40,058 bases of DNA, taken from sequence record MK685668; one strand, written 5' to 3'. Shown here piece after piece: positions 8,601-18,320 of the stretch (its first letter is position 1; every line of letters starts with the position of its first letter). The notes below the pieces were generated by a model. The model did not search any database, was not told the origin of the DNA, and was given only the letters and a program-made list of their open reading frames with translations. The position numbers and the translations under genes are program-made. The DNA is from Shigella phage VB_Ship_A7.

Positions 8601-10546
8601 ATAGAGGTTGCCTTGTTACCGAACATCGACGGGTTCTCCATCATCTCACGCTTGAGGTCATAATGTTCCTTCACGATGTCCATAACCTTACGCTCTTCCT
8701 TGGTCAAGTTAGCTTGAAGTTCAGGTCTCTCGATAGCCTCACTGATACGACGATAGATTGTTTGACGGGCACCTTGAGCACCACTCTTGAACATACCCAC
8801 AGACCACTCAGGGTCAGCCATTGCTTCCTTCATTGCACTATAGAGGTTATTGTAGGTTCGATGGTTGAGACTACGCAGTCGCTCTATGATGTCCGATGTA
8901 GTAGAACCAAACTTACCATGTGAGCCTGACTCCATACCTGTAGGTGAGCGCACTAAGTCCTTTGCGAGACCACGGATTTCAGAGTGTTCTGAACGTAGGG
9001 TTTTCAAGCCGATTTCACTTAGTCCACGCATAGGCAATCCCCAAGCAGCACGTTCAGGGTCCACTTCAGCGAACTCTCTGGCAGTCATTGGGTTAGCCAA
9101 GTTGGTATCACTAATAATGGAACCATCACGCAGCACTACCGCACCCGGTTCAGTTTCGAGAGGTGCATACTCAACGCCGTTGTGCTGTGAGAACACTCGG
9201 TCTTCACTAGGAGGCATACGACTTGCATCATATCCACCAGTGTTACGGGCAGTCTCACGAGCCTCGAAGCGCATCTGTGTAGCAGAAAACGGGTTCTCAA
9301 TCTGTTCAGTACCAGACTTACGGAGACCTGCAGCAACACCATCAGCAACCGCAGTGAGTCCACCAGCAAGCAGCATACCAGCAAGAGCAGCTTCCGCATA
9401 GTGAGCATCGCCACCAGCAACGGATGTACGCAGACCCTCAGAGGCAACGTTAAGTGCACCAGCTTGAGCACCCACCATCAACGCCTTGTTCACCAGCTTG
9501 AATCCCTTGGCTGTAGTCCCTGCGAGTGGGATGTAGGTCAACGGGTCCACACCAGCACCAATCAGGCCAGCAGACAGCTTGGCACCAAGTCCAGCTTCAG
9601 CAGCCTTAGCGTCAGCCTCGTAGTTCTCGTTAGCCAGCTTGATTAGCTCATCAAGGTTCTCAGCGGAACCACCAAGCACAACGTTAATGTACGCAGGGTT
9701 TTTCACTTCTTTGCGAATCTTGTCGAGTTCTTCAGGCGACCAAATGTGGCTATTAAACCGTGTCGGTTGAAGTACATCAGTGAGCACATCAAAACCATTG
9801 TCACGCTTACTAGCACGGAAGGCAACACCCAAGGTTGAGTTGGAGAGTTCTGCTTCAGCAGCACTACCGAATCCGAAGAAGGTTGAACGCTCATTGGCTT
9901 CGTCAAGAGTTGTTCCTTTTGCTTCCCAATAGTCTTTACCGAATGGCTGATTGGGAGCGGTCTGTTCTTTACCTTGAAAGGACATTGAGTGAGACTCAGG
10001 GAGTTCTGTAGTTACCTTTCCTTTCTCCCCGATACCACTCATAGCAGCGTCGAACGAAATCCCTTTACCCTTTGGGGTGATACCACCGAAGGACTCAATG
10101 TCGCCACTCTTCGGAGACTTAGCGACATCCAGAAGTGAGCGCAAATAGTTACGCCCTTCGTCACCAATACCAGCAAAGTTACCGGAGTCGTAGGCTTCCA
10201 ATTGAGGCTTACCGTTTCGGCCTTCGCCTTGGTTGTACGCAAGGGCAGCTTTCAGTTCATCCCCATTGTACTTCTTAACGAGGTCTGCAAGGTAACGAGC
10301 ACCAGCATCGATAGACTTAGCCGGGTCGTTGAAGTCCTCATCAGACTGTAGGCCGTAAGCCTGACCAGTTGCCTTAGTGAACTGCATGACACCCCGTGGC
10401 CCTGTTGGTGATTGGGCCGTAGGTTTGAATCGGGACTCTACCCAACCGACCTTCCGAAGAAGGCCGTAGGAGACTCCATGTGTGTCAGCAGCTTGTTGAA
10501 ATAACGCATCATATTCATGCGGTTCGTTCGGGTTATACTTATCCAC
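5612..10546 (-). CDS. 16: Internal virion (core) protein D with N-terminal lytic transglycosylase domain; enlarged (1644 aa)
   Basis: GTG start at 10546 with AGGAGG 6 nt upstream; N-terminus MDKYNPNEPHEYDALFQQAADTHGVSYGLLRKVGWVESRF...GVMQFTKATG is the T7 gp16 SLT-type region; about 326 aa longer than T7 gp16 (1318 aa). Confidence 0.95.
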   Translation of the reverse strand: MDKYNPNEPHEYDALFQQAADTHGVSYGLLRKVGWVESRFKPTAQSPTGPRGVMQFTKATGQAYGLQSDEDFNDPAKSIDAGARYLADLVKKYNGDELKAALAYNQGEGRNGKPQLEAYDSGNFAGIGDEGRNYLRSLLDVAKSPKSGDIESFGGITPKGKGISFDAAMSGIGEKGKVTTELPESHSMSFQGKEQTAPNQPFGKDYWEAKGTTLDEANERSTFFGFGSAAEAELSNSTLGVAFRASKRDNGFDVLTDVLQPTRFNSHIWSPEELDKIRKEVKNPAYINVVLGGSAENLDELIKLANENYEADAKAAEAGLGAKLSAGLIGAGVDPLTYIPLAGTTAKGFKLVNKALMVGAQAGALNVASEGLRTSVAGGDAHYAEAALAGMLLAGGLTAVADGVAAGLRKSGTEQIENPFSATQMRFEARETARNTGGYDASRMPPSEDRVFSQHNGVEYAPLETEPGAVVLRDGSIISDTNLANPMTAREFAEVDPERAAWGLPMRGLSEIGLKTLRSEHSEIRGLAKDLVRSPTGMESGSHGKFGSTTSDIIERLRSLNHRTYNNLYSAMKEAMADPEWSVGMFKSGAQGARQTIYRRISEAIERPELQANLTKEERKVMDIVKEHYDLKREMMENPSMFGNKATSIFPNSRHKGTYVPHVYSREAKQVYSQALGGTDGLQEAVAASLMASYHARPEVKARIDEYLKQVNSDVFSKAEADAKLAADTENFLRSQESVDTASYRMKLDDAATRASDKVAELKDVLTNAEKRVADRERKLQNSKDRLASHEAKLKELEEKLAAKPNSKTIPVKIESRKKMIETQKSHVRINTERLDHMKGQAAKVQDRITKATAEAEEAASTAKGAQAEAENFLRGAEAAPVMPDSLVTGGNSTSITKVSNGELQGDYFAGKRDYSGETPYKVDGDFVYYTAKTTDGAEFAVDVFTKKGDHIGSVEFAKREGDVWHNPSLEVSEKYRRKGIATEMYRIAETESPDYVYRGTDESVGGVRTPDGQAFRKAYDSTPAKPSERQKFGTDEKVEPKVDEEAMLSQMAEKYAMDKAYGIAKTDEFNSSSVIDDNIEGLVGIENNSFLEARNLFDSDVPITLPNGQQFSVNDLRDFDMKHVMPAYDRRVDGDIAIMGGTGKTTAELKDAIMALDKKSEGKGTMKGEVEALKDFVKIVTGRARRNQDTVGDTMVRSLSDMSFFTKNAYMGLQNLTEIAGLLSKGNTRAMLHGIPALRDLAFRNKPVSGSELKELHSMVFGKEFDQLIRPTRQDIIQRLRESTDTPDAVAKVVGTVKHTTQELAARSPFTKFLNGTSNYILDMARQGVMGDVVTHAITGKGANKWIKGDMLKSASISKEQWEGIQNLIRENVTQGADGKYTFKDKRKLANDPRAMDLWRLADKVADETMLRPNKVSLQDSHAFGAAAKLVLQFKSFVIKSMNSKFIRSGHEAFKNHRAMDMALTYAISGGIAGSYYVAQAHLKAAGLPKEQQKDYLKKALDPKMIAYAAASRSSHLGSPLSIANFAMGAAGYDQGLMVRSTILPKGEDKKERNKAVTSRDMGDSIMGAIGEQVPALGFAGATLAAGRNAYGVLTAPNKVTEREMMTGLMNAHREMIPNDPISQQMLIKFYEANGVHLKSDKK

Positions 10547-10569
10547 TTGGAACCTCCTATCGTGGTCTG

Positions 10570-12849
10570 TTAGTCTTTACCAGTCAGCGTATCCAGAATA
10601 CCCTTGCCACTCACGCTATCGTACATGCTGCCAGAGCGTTTAGGCTTCTTAGCTTCACGTTCACGCTTGCGGTTCATAGCTCGTGTATGTAGGGTTCGCT
10701 TGTTGGCATCTTTGAGTGCCTTGTTACGGGCTTCCTCGTCCAGCTTCGCTTGGTTCTCTTGGTACATCTTCGAGAGCAACTGCTTGTCGTACCGAATGTT
10801 AATCTGTCCGGTTGTATCCATCAGGTAGATAGAGCCACCACGCTCGAACACAGTGAGTTGCTTGTTGGTAACCCAAGGGTTTGTCTCAGCTATTTTCTTA
10901 GCGGCTGCATCGATAATGTCCTTACCTTGTTTCCAAGAGTCCGGGTCATCAGTCACACGCAAAGAGTTTCTCGTCAAGACACCGATGGTATCACCATCAA
11001 CACCATCAGCAGTGAGAGTCGTTGTGTTCTCTTTGAGAAACTTATCGACCTGTTGCACTGCCATGTCTGGGTTACCTGTACGGTACTTAACGGAGTCGTA
11101 AATCTTACGAGCACCATTCTGGAGAGTTGACGGCATATACTTAATCTCAGGAGACAGTGAGTTGTTCATGAGGGAGGCCCATGCCTTGTCATCCTCGTAT
11201 CGCATCTCTTTGGTAAGAGACTTTTGAGCCTTGTCAGCATCTAAGAGAAACTGAGGGTCAATCCCTAGGTTGTCCATCATGTCCATAGTGAGGAACATCT
11301 CAGCCTTATCAGGATATAACGCAGCGAATAACTCAGGGTCAGCATTACGAACGCGACGTAGGGCATTGAGAGCCACACCGCCACCTTCTGGCATCTTCCC
11401 GTTAATCACAGCGGACGTCCATTCCTTCTCAGCGTCACCAATCAGTTCACCAACCGCAGTACGGAAAGCGCCCTTCTCGGAGTCAGCCTTGAGGTAGTCC
11501 AGCTTCATTCGGTCCTTCTGTTCATTAGGGATGTTCATAGCATCAATGTCAGCCAGCTTCTTGTTAGCGTAGTTAACCATATCACTATGAGTGAACTCAC
11601 CAGTGTTCTCGTTGGTTGGCATATCGCCATACGCAGTAGACACATATTGACCATTGAGTCGCTTCTGGAACTGTGCGTCGATGACGTTCATCTTGTTCAT
11701 GGACTTCTGTTGCTTATCCATTTCCTTGGCTAACTCAGCGGTCTCTCGCTTCATGCGGTCCTGCATCTGCGTCTGTGCGCTGATTAGAGCCTGACGTTCA
11801 GGTGTCATCTCTTCACCCGGTTGCAGTTTATCCAGTTCTGCCTTGATGGACTGTAGTTGTTCCCAGCCAGTGTTCACGTTCTCTTGGTTCAACGCAGAGT
11901 TCACATTGAGTTGGAACGCTTCGGTCTTCTTGGCATTCAATTGGAACTCATTATGCTGAGCCTTGACCATCAAGTTATTCCACTGTTCGGCACCCATCAG
12001 TTCCTTGAAGGTAGTCTCCTTGCCATGCAGTTTTACCTTACGGTTCTCAATCTGTTGGAGGAACTGCCCACCACCCTCACGGTTAACCACGTCAGAGAGA
12101 CCTTGGCTAATCATGGTGAACGCTTGGTCATCACTAGGGATACTTCCGGTCGTCAATCCAGCGGTGAAGTAGTTCTCAAAGAACTCACCAGCATACGGAG
12201 AACGTAGGGTTTCCGGGTCGTTCAACACAGAGTTTAACTCTACGCGACTGTTGATGACAGCACCCTTCTTAGCTTGGTCACTCAGGAAGTTATCGTGAGC
12301 ACCATAGAGGGCGATGTTACGTTCAGTGATGTCAGAGTTGAATCCCTTCTGATAGAACTCATCAGTCTCGTCAATACCGAACTGTTCCGCATAGTTCTTA
12401 GCGGCTTCTTGTAGTCGGCTATGACGGAACTCTTCCAACTCCTGACGAGTACGGAACTCACCGTTCTTAACCTTCTGTGCCACTTCGTCATCTACGAGGT
12501 ATGCAGCGTTACGACCAGTCTTAATCTTAAGTGCTTCCATCGCGTATGGGTCATCCTGATATAACAGGGTTCCGTTCTTAATGGCCTCACGGCGCTGTTC
12601 TGGAGTCAGCTTACGAATAATCTCGTTAGAGCGCTCGTCTGCTTTGTCCTTCTGGCGCTGGTCATACTTCATGTAGGCATCCGCACCCATCTCAGCAAGT
12701 TTACCTACAGTGCCAATCAGCTTAGACTTCTCGGCATACTTAGGGTCTTCATAGACGGTTGCAGCCTTCACTTCCACACGACCAGTGCCACGCAGACGAC
12801 TAGTAGACGGAGCGTTCATGCCACCCAATGCTTGTGCTAACTTACTCAT
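10570..12849 (-). CDS. 15: Internal virion (core) protein C
   Basis: 759 aa (T7 gp15 is 747 aa); conserved stretch ERSNEIIRKLTPEQRREAIKNGTLLYQDDPYAMEAL; synteny between gp14 and gp16. Confidence 0.93.
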   Translation of the reverse strand: MSKLAQALGGMNAPSTSRLRGTGRVEVKAATVYEDPKYAEKSKLIGTVGKLAEMGADAYMKYDQRQKDKADERSNEIIRKLTPEQRREAIKNGTLLYQDDPYAMEALKIKTGRNAAYLVDDEVAQKVKNGEFRTRQELEEFRHSRLQEAAKNYAEQFGIDETDEFYQKGFNSDITERNIALYGAHDNFLSDQAKKGAVINSRVELNSVLNDPETLRSPYAGEFFENYFTAGLTTGSIPSDDQAFTMISQGLSDVVNREGGGQFLQQIENRKVKLHGKETTFKELMGAEQWNNLMVKAQHNEFQLNAKKTEAFQLNVNSALNQENVNTGWEQLQSIKAELDKLQPGEEMTPERQALISAQTQMQDRMKRETAELAKEMDKQQKSMNKMNVIDAQFQKRLNGQYVSTAYGDMPTNENTGEFTHSDMVNYANKKLADIDAMNIPNEQKDRMKLDYLKADSEKGAFRTAVGELIGDAEKEWTSAVINGKMPEGGGVALNALRRVRNADPELFAALYPDKAEMFLTMDMMDNLGIDPQFLLDADKAQKSLTKEMRYEDDKAWASLMNNSLSPEIKYMPSTLQNGARKIYDSVKYRTGNPDMAVQQVDKFLKENTTTLTADGVDGDTIGVLTRNSLRVTDDPDSWKQGKDIIDAAAKKIAETNPWVTNKQLTVFERGGSIYLMDTTGQINIRYDKQLLSKMYQENQAKLDEEARNKALKDANKRTLHTRAMNRKREREAKKPKRSGSMYDSVSGKGILDTLTGKD

Positions 12850-12855
12850 TATTTA

Positions 12856-13449
12856 TTACCTCCCGGTCTTAGTGCCTTTAGCGGCAACAATTGGAGCAGG
12901 CTTGTTCGGAGTCTTGCTATCGAAAGCCCCACTTGCAGCAGCAGCCCCAGCAGAAGCCCCAGCCGCTACCAGAGCGTCCAGAAGTATTGACTTCTTGCTT
13001 TTCAGCTTAGGTGCAGACTTGTTGATTTCATTGATTTGACTCACTGTGTTCTCTCGGTTAGCAATACGCTTCCCTAAGATGACACTGTAGTCACGTTTGT
13101 AGTTCTCAGTGAGACCTTGAGACTCTCGAAGGAAGTCACCCTCAGTAATGCGAGCTACACGTTCCATAGAGTTACCTTCAAGCATTCCCTCACCGATAGC
13201 CGCTCGGATAGTCCCCATGTTCCTCACTCGGTTCATGTTGGCTTGAGTCAAGTCTTGGACAGTAGAGTCGATTAGGTCACGAGATTCTAACTTTAGGTTA
13301 GCGTCGTTATAGTTCATCTCCTTTATCATCTGCCAGCTTTGACGACGACCTTGGTCAATCTGTGCAGCCTTTGCATGATTAGCTTGTATACCACCCATAA
13401 GCATGGAAGTGCCTTGCATTGCAATGGGGATTGCCTCAACCCAGCACAT
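12856..13449 (-). CDS. 14: Internal virion protein B
   Basis: 197 aa (T7 gp14 is 196 aa); position between gp13 and gp15. Confidence 0.8.
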   Translation of the reverse strand: MCWVEAIPIAMQGTSMLMGGIQANHAKAAQIDQGRRQSWQMIKEMNYNDANLKLESRDLIDSTVQDLTQANMNRVRNMGTIRAAIGEGMLEGNSMERVARITEGDFLRESQGLTENYKRDYSVILGKRIANRENTVSQINEINKSAPKLKSKKSILLDALVAAGASAGAAAASGAFDSKTPNKPAPIVAAKGTKTGR

Positions 13450-13451
13450 AG

Positions 13452-13865
13452 TTAACCTCCTATTGTGAATAGTTGGAATTGATTACTGTCACCAGTAAAC
13501 TCATTATGGAACACCGCACCGATGGACTTCAAGAACCTAATGTGGGACTTGTTGCCGACCCAAACGTAGTTCCAGATAATCGGATACTGTTTGAGCATGA
13601 TATCACGATATTCCAGAATGAGCTTTCGGAACTCTCTTCGGGTCTTCATACTCAATTTCCACACACGGGCAGACGTTACGAACCACACTTGGTCCCCACA
13701 GTTACCACCGATAGCCACAGGCATCCCATGAAGTGACATAGTGACACACTCAGAGGCTGGTGGAAAGCTAGGTTCAATGCCGTAGGCTTTTGCCTCAGCG
13801 ATGTCTTCCGGTGACGGTGTGAATCTCTCGAAGTCTGTTTCTTTGGTAGGTCTGATTATTAACAT
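13452..13865 (-). CDS. 13: Internal virion protein A (gene 13 position)
   Basis: 137 aa (T7 gp13 is 138 aa); directly downstream of a phi13-type promoter; assigned by synteny and size. Confidence 0.7.
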   Translation of the reverse strand: MLIIRPTKETDFERFTPSPEDIAEAKAYGIEPSFPPASECVTMSLHGMPVAIGGNCGDQVWFVTSARVWKLSMKTRREFRKLILEYRDIMLKQYPIIWNYVWVGNKSHIRFLKSIGAVFHNEFTGDSNQFQLFTIGG

Positions 13866-13894
13866 AGAGTTTCTCTCCTATAGTATAAACCCCC

Positions 13895-13917
13895 CTTCCC
13901 AATAGTGAGTCGTATTG
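13895..13917 (-). promoter_or_regulatory. T7-type phage promoter (phi13 position)
   Basis: Minus strand reads CAATACGACTCACTATTGGGAAG. Confidence 0.8.
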
Positions 13918-13945
13918 TTCACTTATTGAGTCGGGGTGTTTTCAT

Positions 13946-16342
13946 TTAGATACCAGAAGAACGACGCAAGTAGTTACCTTCCCATCCACAGCCAATCACG
14001 TTAAGTGGTGTCGTGTGGTCGGAGATAATACGAACCTCGTTCAACTGTGCATTGCCAGCCACAGGGAAGCGGAACTGACCAGTCCCAACGTTAAGTCCAC
14101 CAACACGTAACGCATTGGAACCTAAGCGAGCACCTGCCATTTCATAACTGAAGAGTCGCGATGTATTCTCTACCTCAACGGTGAATGCACCAGAGTCCTC
14201 ATAGTTAACCCATGCGCGGCGAAGCTGTAAGCGACCAATGTCCTCAGTAGCTGTAGAACCATCATCAGCGGCTTTCTTAATGAGGAACTTGGAGAACACA
14301 TAGCGGAACGGAATGGCGAACCCCACGAACACTTCTTGGTTTCCCCAATCGCCATTGAGGTAAATCTCAGGGTGTCCGGTAGGCCATCCCCCATCTGGCG
14401 GTGAGAACTTGTGGACCTGTCCATCGAGAGCCACTACATAAATGTCACCAGTCCAGAAGTTCATCCCATAGTGGTCTGTCATGAAGATGCGAGTACGATA
14501 CAAATCGTCATCATAGGCTTCTGGACTAATGCTAATCCTCGTCTTATGGTCCACATATAGTCGGTATGGCTCGTCCCCAAAGTCGATTGAGTTCTTAGTG
14601 AAGTTGAGTCGGCACATGTAGGTGTGCGATTTGTTTCTCGCCAAGATATACATTGTTGAGCCGATAGAGTCAGCCGCAAGCACCTCAACGCCTTCACCGA
14701 AGTCCCAATGTGACCATGACTGTTGAGCAATTTCCTCGTTCAAGTAAAGGAATTTATATATGAATATCTTACTCGGAGCGGAGGCCGAAAGGATTGACAC
14801 GAAGTTCTCAGTCCCGGAGCCACGAATGGAGAACACACCGTTAGGGATATAGCTAGGAACGTGAGCACTCATGTCCTCCGCAGACTTAACAGAACTAACG
14901 TCCTGAACCGCATAGTAACGGTTAAGACTCGTGTAGCTGGCGCGAGGTGATGCGAAATAAATCCCTCGACCAATCCCATAAGGTCTCGCTCGGTCTGACA
15001 CATCGAACTCGGTAGTTAAGTTCAACTCTACAGTCTTCGGGGAAAGTATGCCTTGAGCAGATAACACGAACTGTGCTTGGTCTGACCATAGGAGTAACTC
15101 TTCGGAGAACGGTACAGCGTACTTCAGGACTGAGATACGGTTGTGTGATACAGCCACGTCAATCGGGTCATCATCACTTAGGTTAGCCACTGACGCAGGG
15201 AACAGTGAGAAATACTTGGAAGTGCGGGACATCACAATGTTCTCACCAGCGAGGAACCCTAAGCGGTTACGGAAGAAGAACACATCGTTAATCGTGGAGT
15301 CCTTGATTGACGGGAATGGGTTTGTGTTATCATCCCCAGCGGTGCGCCCCGCCCAATTTAATTGTTTCAACTCAAAGTGCCCATCAGCTTCCCTTACAAG
15401 AGCATGAGGCATCGTGGCATTATTGAAGCCAGACTCAATACCCCATCCAGCAACTTCCTTCCAGACTTTACGGGTCGCATCATACTGAACATAGAACTGG
15501 TCTGAAGTCTTAGAAGTGTCCCCAACAATCTTCACCGTATATCCATTAGGAGCCTCGATGGGCAGCTTTGAGAAACTTTGAGATTGGTGCATCACTACAT
15601 TCATCAGGGTATTTCCGTAGCCATCGTTTGTGGCGATAGAACGAATATTATCAGTATTAGGGGCAATCACATGGATAAACCCGGAGCCTGCGTTGAACGT
15701 CCAAGGCTTCAGGTTAGGGTGAGCACGTAGCTGTTCAATCATCTTATGAACCAGCCATTGTGCATCTGTCTCCTGCACAGCCTGTTCAGCACCTGCACCA
15801 ACACCATTGTGAATCTTGTATTCCACCACAGCACCATTGATGTTGATAGTGAATGTACGCCCGTACTGACCTCCTCGAATGCTAATCAAGGCATCACCAT
15901 CTTCACGGAGGTTGTAGTTAATCTGTCCATTACCACGGACAATGGCATTGCGATTTACAATAAATGTATAGTCAGCCACAGTGACCATTCTTAGGTCGTC
16001 CCTTGGGTTCTGACAGGTCACATAAGACATATCCCCGCGTACCTCTACCTCGCGTCCATCGAGAGTGTGAACCCTAATCCCAGCACCATGGAATGACACA
16101 TAGTAACGCTCATTCTGGTCGCGATTGATTAGGTGAATTAGTGGCTTTCTGCCCTGCCATGATAGGTGAGTATATCCACCAAGTGTCGCAGTGAACACTG
16201 TGGGTGGACGCTTCTGTAAACCTTCAGTCTCAGAAGACCAGCCATTAATCTGCTCGGCACCTTGTTCCGGGAACCTTAAGATGTCTGGCTGTTGGCTGAT
16301 ACCGCCTTTCAGGTTCTTTACTGATTGTGAAATAAGAGCCAT
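13946..16342 (-). CDS. 12: Tail tubular protein B
   Basis: Internal ATG at 16342 preceded by GGAGG; product starts MALISQSVKNLKGGISQQPDILRFP and ends IGCGWEGNYLRRSSGI, as recalled for T7 gp12; about 798 aa versus 794 in T7. Confidence 0.95.
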   Translation of the reverse strand: MALISQSVKNLKGGISQQPDILRFPEQGAEQINGWSSETEGLQKRPPTVFTATLGGYTHLSWQGRKPLIHLINRDQNERYYVSFHGAGIRVHTLDGREVEVRGDMSYVTCQNPRDDLRMVTVADYTFIVNRNAIVRGNGQINYNLREDGDALISIRGGQYGRTFTININGAVVEYKIHNGVGAGAEQAVQETDAQWLVHKMIEQLRAHPNLKPWTFNAGSGFIHVIAPNTDNIRSIATNDGYGNTLMNVVMHQSQSFSKLPIEAPNGYTVKIVGDTSKTSDQFYVQYDATRKVWKEVAGWGIESGFNNATMPHALVREADGHFELKQLNWAGRTAGDDNTNPFPSIKDSTINDVFFFRNRLGFLAGENIVMSRTSKYFSLFPASVANLSDDDPIDVAVSHNRISVLKYAVPFSEELLLWSDQAQFVLSAQGILSPKTVELNLTTEFDVSDRARPYGIGRGIYFASPRASYTSLNRYYAVQDVSSVKSAEDMSAHVPSYIPNGVFSIRGSGTENFVSILSASAPSKIFIYKFLYLNEEIAQQSWSHWDFGEGVEVLAADSIGSTMYILARNKSHTYMCRLNFTKNSIDFGDEPYRLYVDHKTRISISPEAYDDDLYRTRIFMTDHYGMNFWTGDIYVVALDGQVHKFSPPDGGWPTGHPEIYLNGDWGNQEVFVGFAIPFRYVFSKFLIKKAADDGSTATEDIGRLQLRRAWVNYEDSGAFTVEVENTSRLFSYEMAGARLGSNALRVGGLNVGTGQFRFPVAGNAQLNEVRIISDHTTPLNVIGCGWEGNYLRRSSGI

Positions 16343-16364
16343 TAGAGACCTCCTTATGTTGTTA

Positions 16365-16955
16365 TTAACGAGACAGCAGACCACCAGTGAAGGCATCGCC
16401 ATCAAGCATGTTGAAGCCACCAAAGTCCAGTTCATACTCGTGACATTGCATCTTCGCTTCCTGTTCTTCTTCAGCTAACACCGCGTCAATCTCAGGCGCA
16501 CCAAAGAATCGGTTGTTGAACTGACGAGCGGCCTTAGTGACAATCCAATGGCGAAAGCATTCAGGCATCTCATAGAACTCTCTCAGTTTGATAATGGTCA
16601 CTGTGATAGGGTTCTGAAATACATCAGTACCAGTGGTCCGGTCAAAGACGTATCCACCACGGTTCACATAGGCAGTCGCTCCACCTTCAGAGAGTACAGA
16701 CAGGTAGTCGGACATGTACGGAATCAATCCATTAAACACATCAGGGAGCAACTGTTGGCCTTCCTCAATGTTGAACGTCCATCCCTTTGACTGAATCTGA
16801 CGGTTAATCTTATTAAGCACTCGACGCGCGTTAGCAACATCAGCGTTAGCATCACCCTCCAAAGTGGAGACAGGCGATTCACCGATAGATGCCAAGATGT
16901 CATTTATAGCAGACAACTCTTCTCCCGTCTCTAGGGTAGTTTCATAGGAACGCAT
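16365..16955 (-). CDS. 11: Tail tubular protein A
   Basis: 196 aa, same as T7 gp11; starts [39 protein letters not shown]. Confidence 0.95.
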   Translation of the reverse strand: MRSYETTLETGEELSAINDILASIGESPVSTLEGDANADVANARRVLNKINRQIQSKGWTFNIEEGQQLLPDVFNGLIPYMSDYLSVLSEGGATAYVNRGGYVFDRTTGTDVFQNPITVTIIKLREFYEMPECFRHWIVTKAARQFNNRFFGAPEIDAVLAEEEQEAKMQCHEYELDFGGFNMLDGDAFTGGLLSR

Positions 16956-16975
16956 AGTGTATCCTCCTTGTAGCG

Positions 16976-17014
16976 AAAAAACCCCTCAAGCACCCGCGAA
17001 GGCACCCAAGGGGT
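16976..17014 (-). terminator. Intrinsic terminator downstream of the capsid gene (T7 Tphi equivalent)
   Basis: Minus-strand RNA CCCCUUGGGUGCC-UUCGCG-GGUGCUUGAGGGG followed by UUUUUU; 13-bp stem that includes G-U pairs, as in T7 Tphi. Confidence 0.75.
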
Positions 17015-17028
17015 TTCATATAGTTTAC

Positions 17029-18188
17029 TTAATGTTCAGCAGCCAGTTTCGCCGCCTTGTTAGCAGCACGGGTACGAGCAGCTTTCTGTTGTGGCGTTAG
17101 CTCTTGCTCAACTTCAGTAGGAGACTCAGTGTCCCCTACGAGTTTGCGAGAAGTTAAGCCGCTGTGAAAACCAGCGCACCTACTGCTTCAGGACGCAGAC
17201 CACCGTGACCCATCGCGTACTTAGCGATAATCTGGTCAGCCTGATAGTTAGCACGACGAGCACGTTCCAGCGCCATATCTTTCAACTTAACAGTACCAAC
17301 GGCAGAGCGGTGGCAGAACAGACCGACCACATTGTCCAGAGCAACTTTATCGTTACCAGTAGCAGTCGCAGGGAATGCGTGTTTCTGTTCAGAAGTTACA
17401 TCTTCACGGTCATTACCAGCACCACCAGCGGTCAAATGTGGAACTTCAATAACTTCGAAGCCCATTACGTTGCGGATAGAACCAGTTGCCGGGTCAATCA
17501 GTGCCTGATAGTTTGCAGCGTTAGGCATCAGAGCCGCCAGAATAGCAGAGTAGTTATCAGGAGTGGTATAGAAGGTACGGTCCGCAGACGGAACATAGTT
17601 CTTAGTCAGACGGGCACGAGCCAGAGTCAACTGTGCAATGATAGCCTGACCCAGCTTAACTTGGTCGCCTTGCAGGTCAGCCGCAGTGCCTACTTCCAGA
17701 ACACTTGCAGTACCCAAGCCAGCGATGTTCTCGTTGGAAGCAGCCGGAAGGTTACACAATTTAGCCATTTCAGCCAGAACTGCGCCATCAGCAGCCAGAG
17801 CCAGAGACTCACCCAACTGAGCGGTATATTCGGAACGCACGTCATAGTGGTTCATTGCGTCTTCGATGTCGTAAATCAGAACGTCAGCAGTCAGCAGGCC
17901 ATCAATGTTAATGGTCTTCTCAGTGTGCTTCATGTCTTTACGTTTGTCATCGAGGTTCTCACCCGGTTGCAGATAAGCAGCTTTGGTACGACCCAGCACA
18001 GGGAACTGCGCGGACTTACCGGACTGAATAGAACGCACGAGGTGTTTGTTCATAGTTACGGAGGTACGGGTAAATGCAGTCAGAACTTCACCGCCGAAGA
18101 CCTTCAGGAACAGAGCCAGTTTATCACCAGCGCTCATGCCTTTACCTTGGTCCTTACCAATCTGTTGTCCACCAGTCATGTTAGCCAT
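17029..18188 (-). CDS. 10: Minor capsid protein 10B, produced by a -1 programmed frameshift near the end of 10A
   Basis: Slippery heptamer G GUU UUC at 17166-17172 (minus strand) four codons before the 10A stop; the -1 frame stays open for 46 codons (FHSGLTSRKLVGDTESPTEVEQELTPQQKAARTRAANKAAKLAAEH) to a TAA at 17029-17031. Confidence 0.65.
17154..18188 (-). CDS. 10: Major capsid protein 10A
   Basis: 344 aa starting MANMTGGQQIGKDQGKG and ending MGHGGLRPEAVGALVFTAA, strongly similar to T7 gp10A (345 aa). Confidence 0.97.
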   Translation of the reverse strand: MANMTGGQQIGKDQGKGMSAGDKLALFLKVFGGEVLTAFTRTSVTMNKHLVRSIQSGKSAQFPVLGRTKAAYLQPGENLDDKRKDMKHTEKTINIDGLLTADVLIYDIEDAMNHYDVRSEYTAQLGESLALAADGAVLAEMAKLCNLPAASNENIAGLGTASVLEVGTAADLQGDQVKLGQAIIAQLTLARARLTKNYVPSADRTFYTTPDNYSAILAALMPNAANYQALIDPATGSIRNVMGFEVIEVPHLTAGGAGNDREDVTSEQKHAFPATATGNDKVALDNVVGLFCHRSAVGTVKLKDMALERARRANYQADQIIAKYAMGHGGLRPEAVGALVFTAA

Positions 18189-18294
18189 GTTGAATCTCCT
18201 TCTGTTGATTTATGATAAAAGTTTAAATGTGAGGTACTACTTGAAACGAGTTGGTTCTCATTGTGTATCACTCAAAGTGGGAGAACGTAATGTC

Positions 18295-18317
18295 TCTCCC
18301 AATAGTGAGTCGTATTA
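18295..18317 (-). promoter_or_regulatory. T7-type phage promoter (phi10 position)
   Basis: Minus strand reads TAATACGACTCACTATTGGGAGA, followed by a leader with AAGGAG SD before the capsid ATG. Confidence 0.85.
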
Positions 18318-18320
18318 ATT

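Noticed and set aside
13946-16435. N-terminally extended versions of several track ORFs (gp12 at 16435, gp6 at 23290, gp4 at 29021, gp2 at 31131, gp2.5 at 30909, holin at 3654)
   Set aside because: In each case an internal ATG is preceded by a good Shine-Dalgarno sequence and gives a product matching the T7 homolog in length and N-terminal sequence; the extensions overlap upstream genes or promoters, and some begin with GTG.
17205-18215. 336-aa ORF on the plus strand, antisense to the whole major capsid gene
   Set aside because: S/T/V-rich low-complexity translation with no SD or promoter; it mirrors a highly expressed gene whose codon usage avoids TTA, CTA and TCA, which keeps the antisense frame free of stops. 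Treated as a codon-bias artefact.
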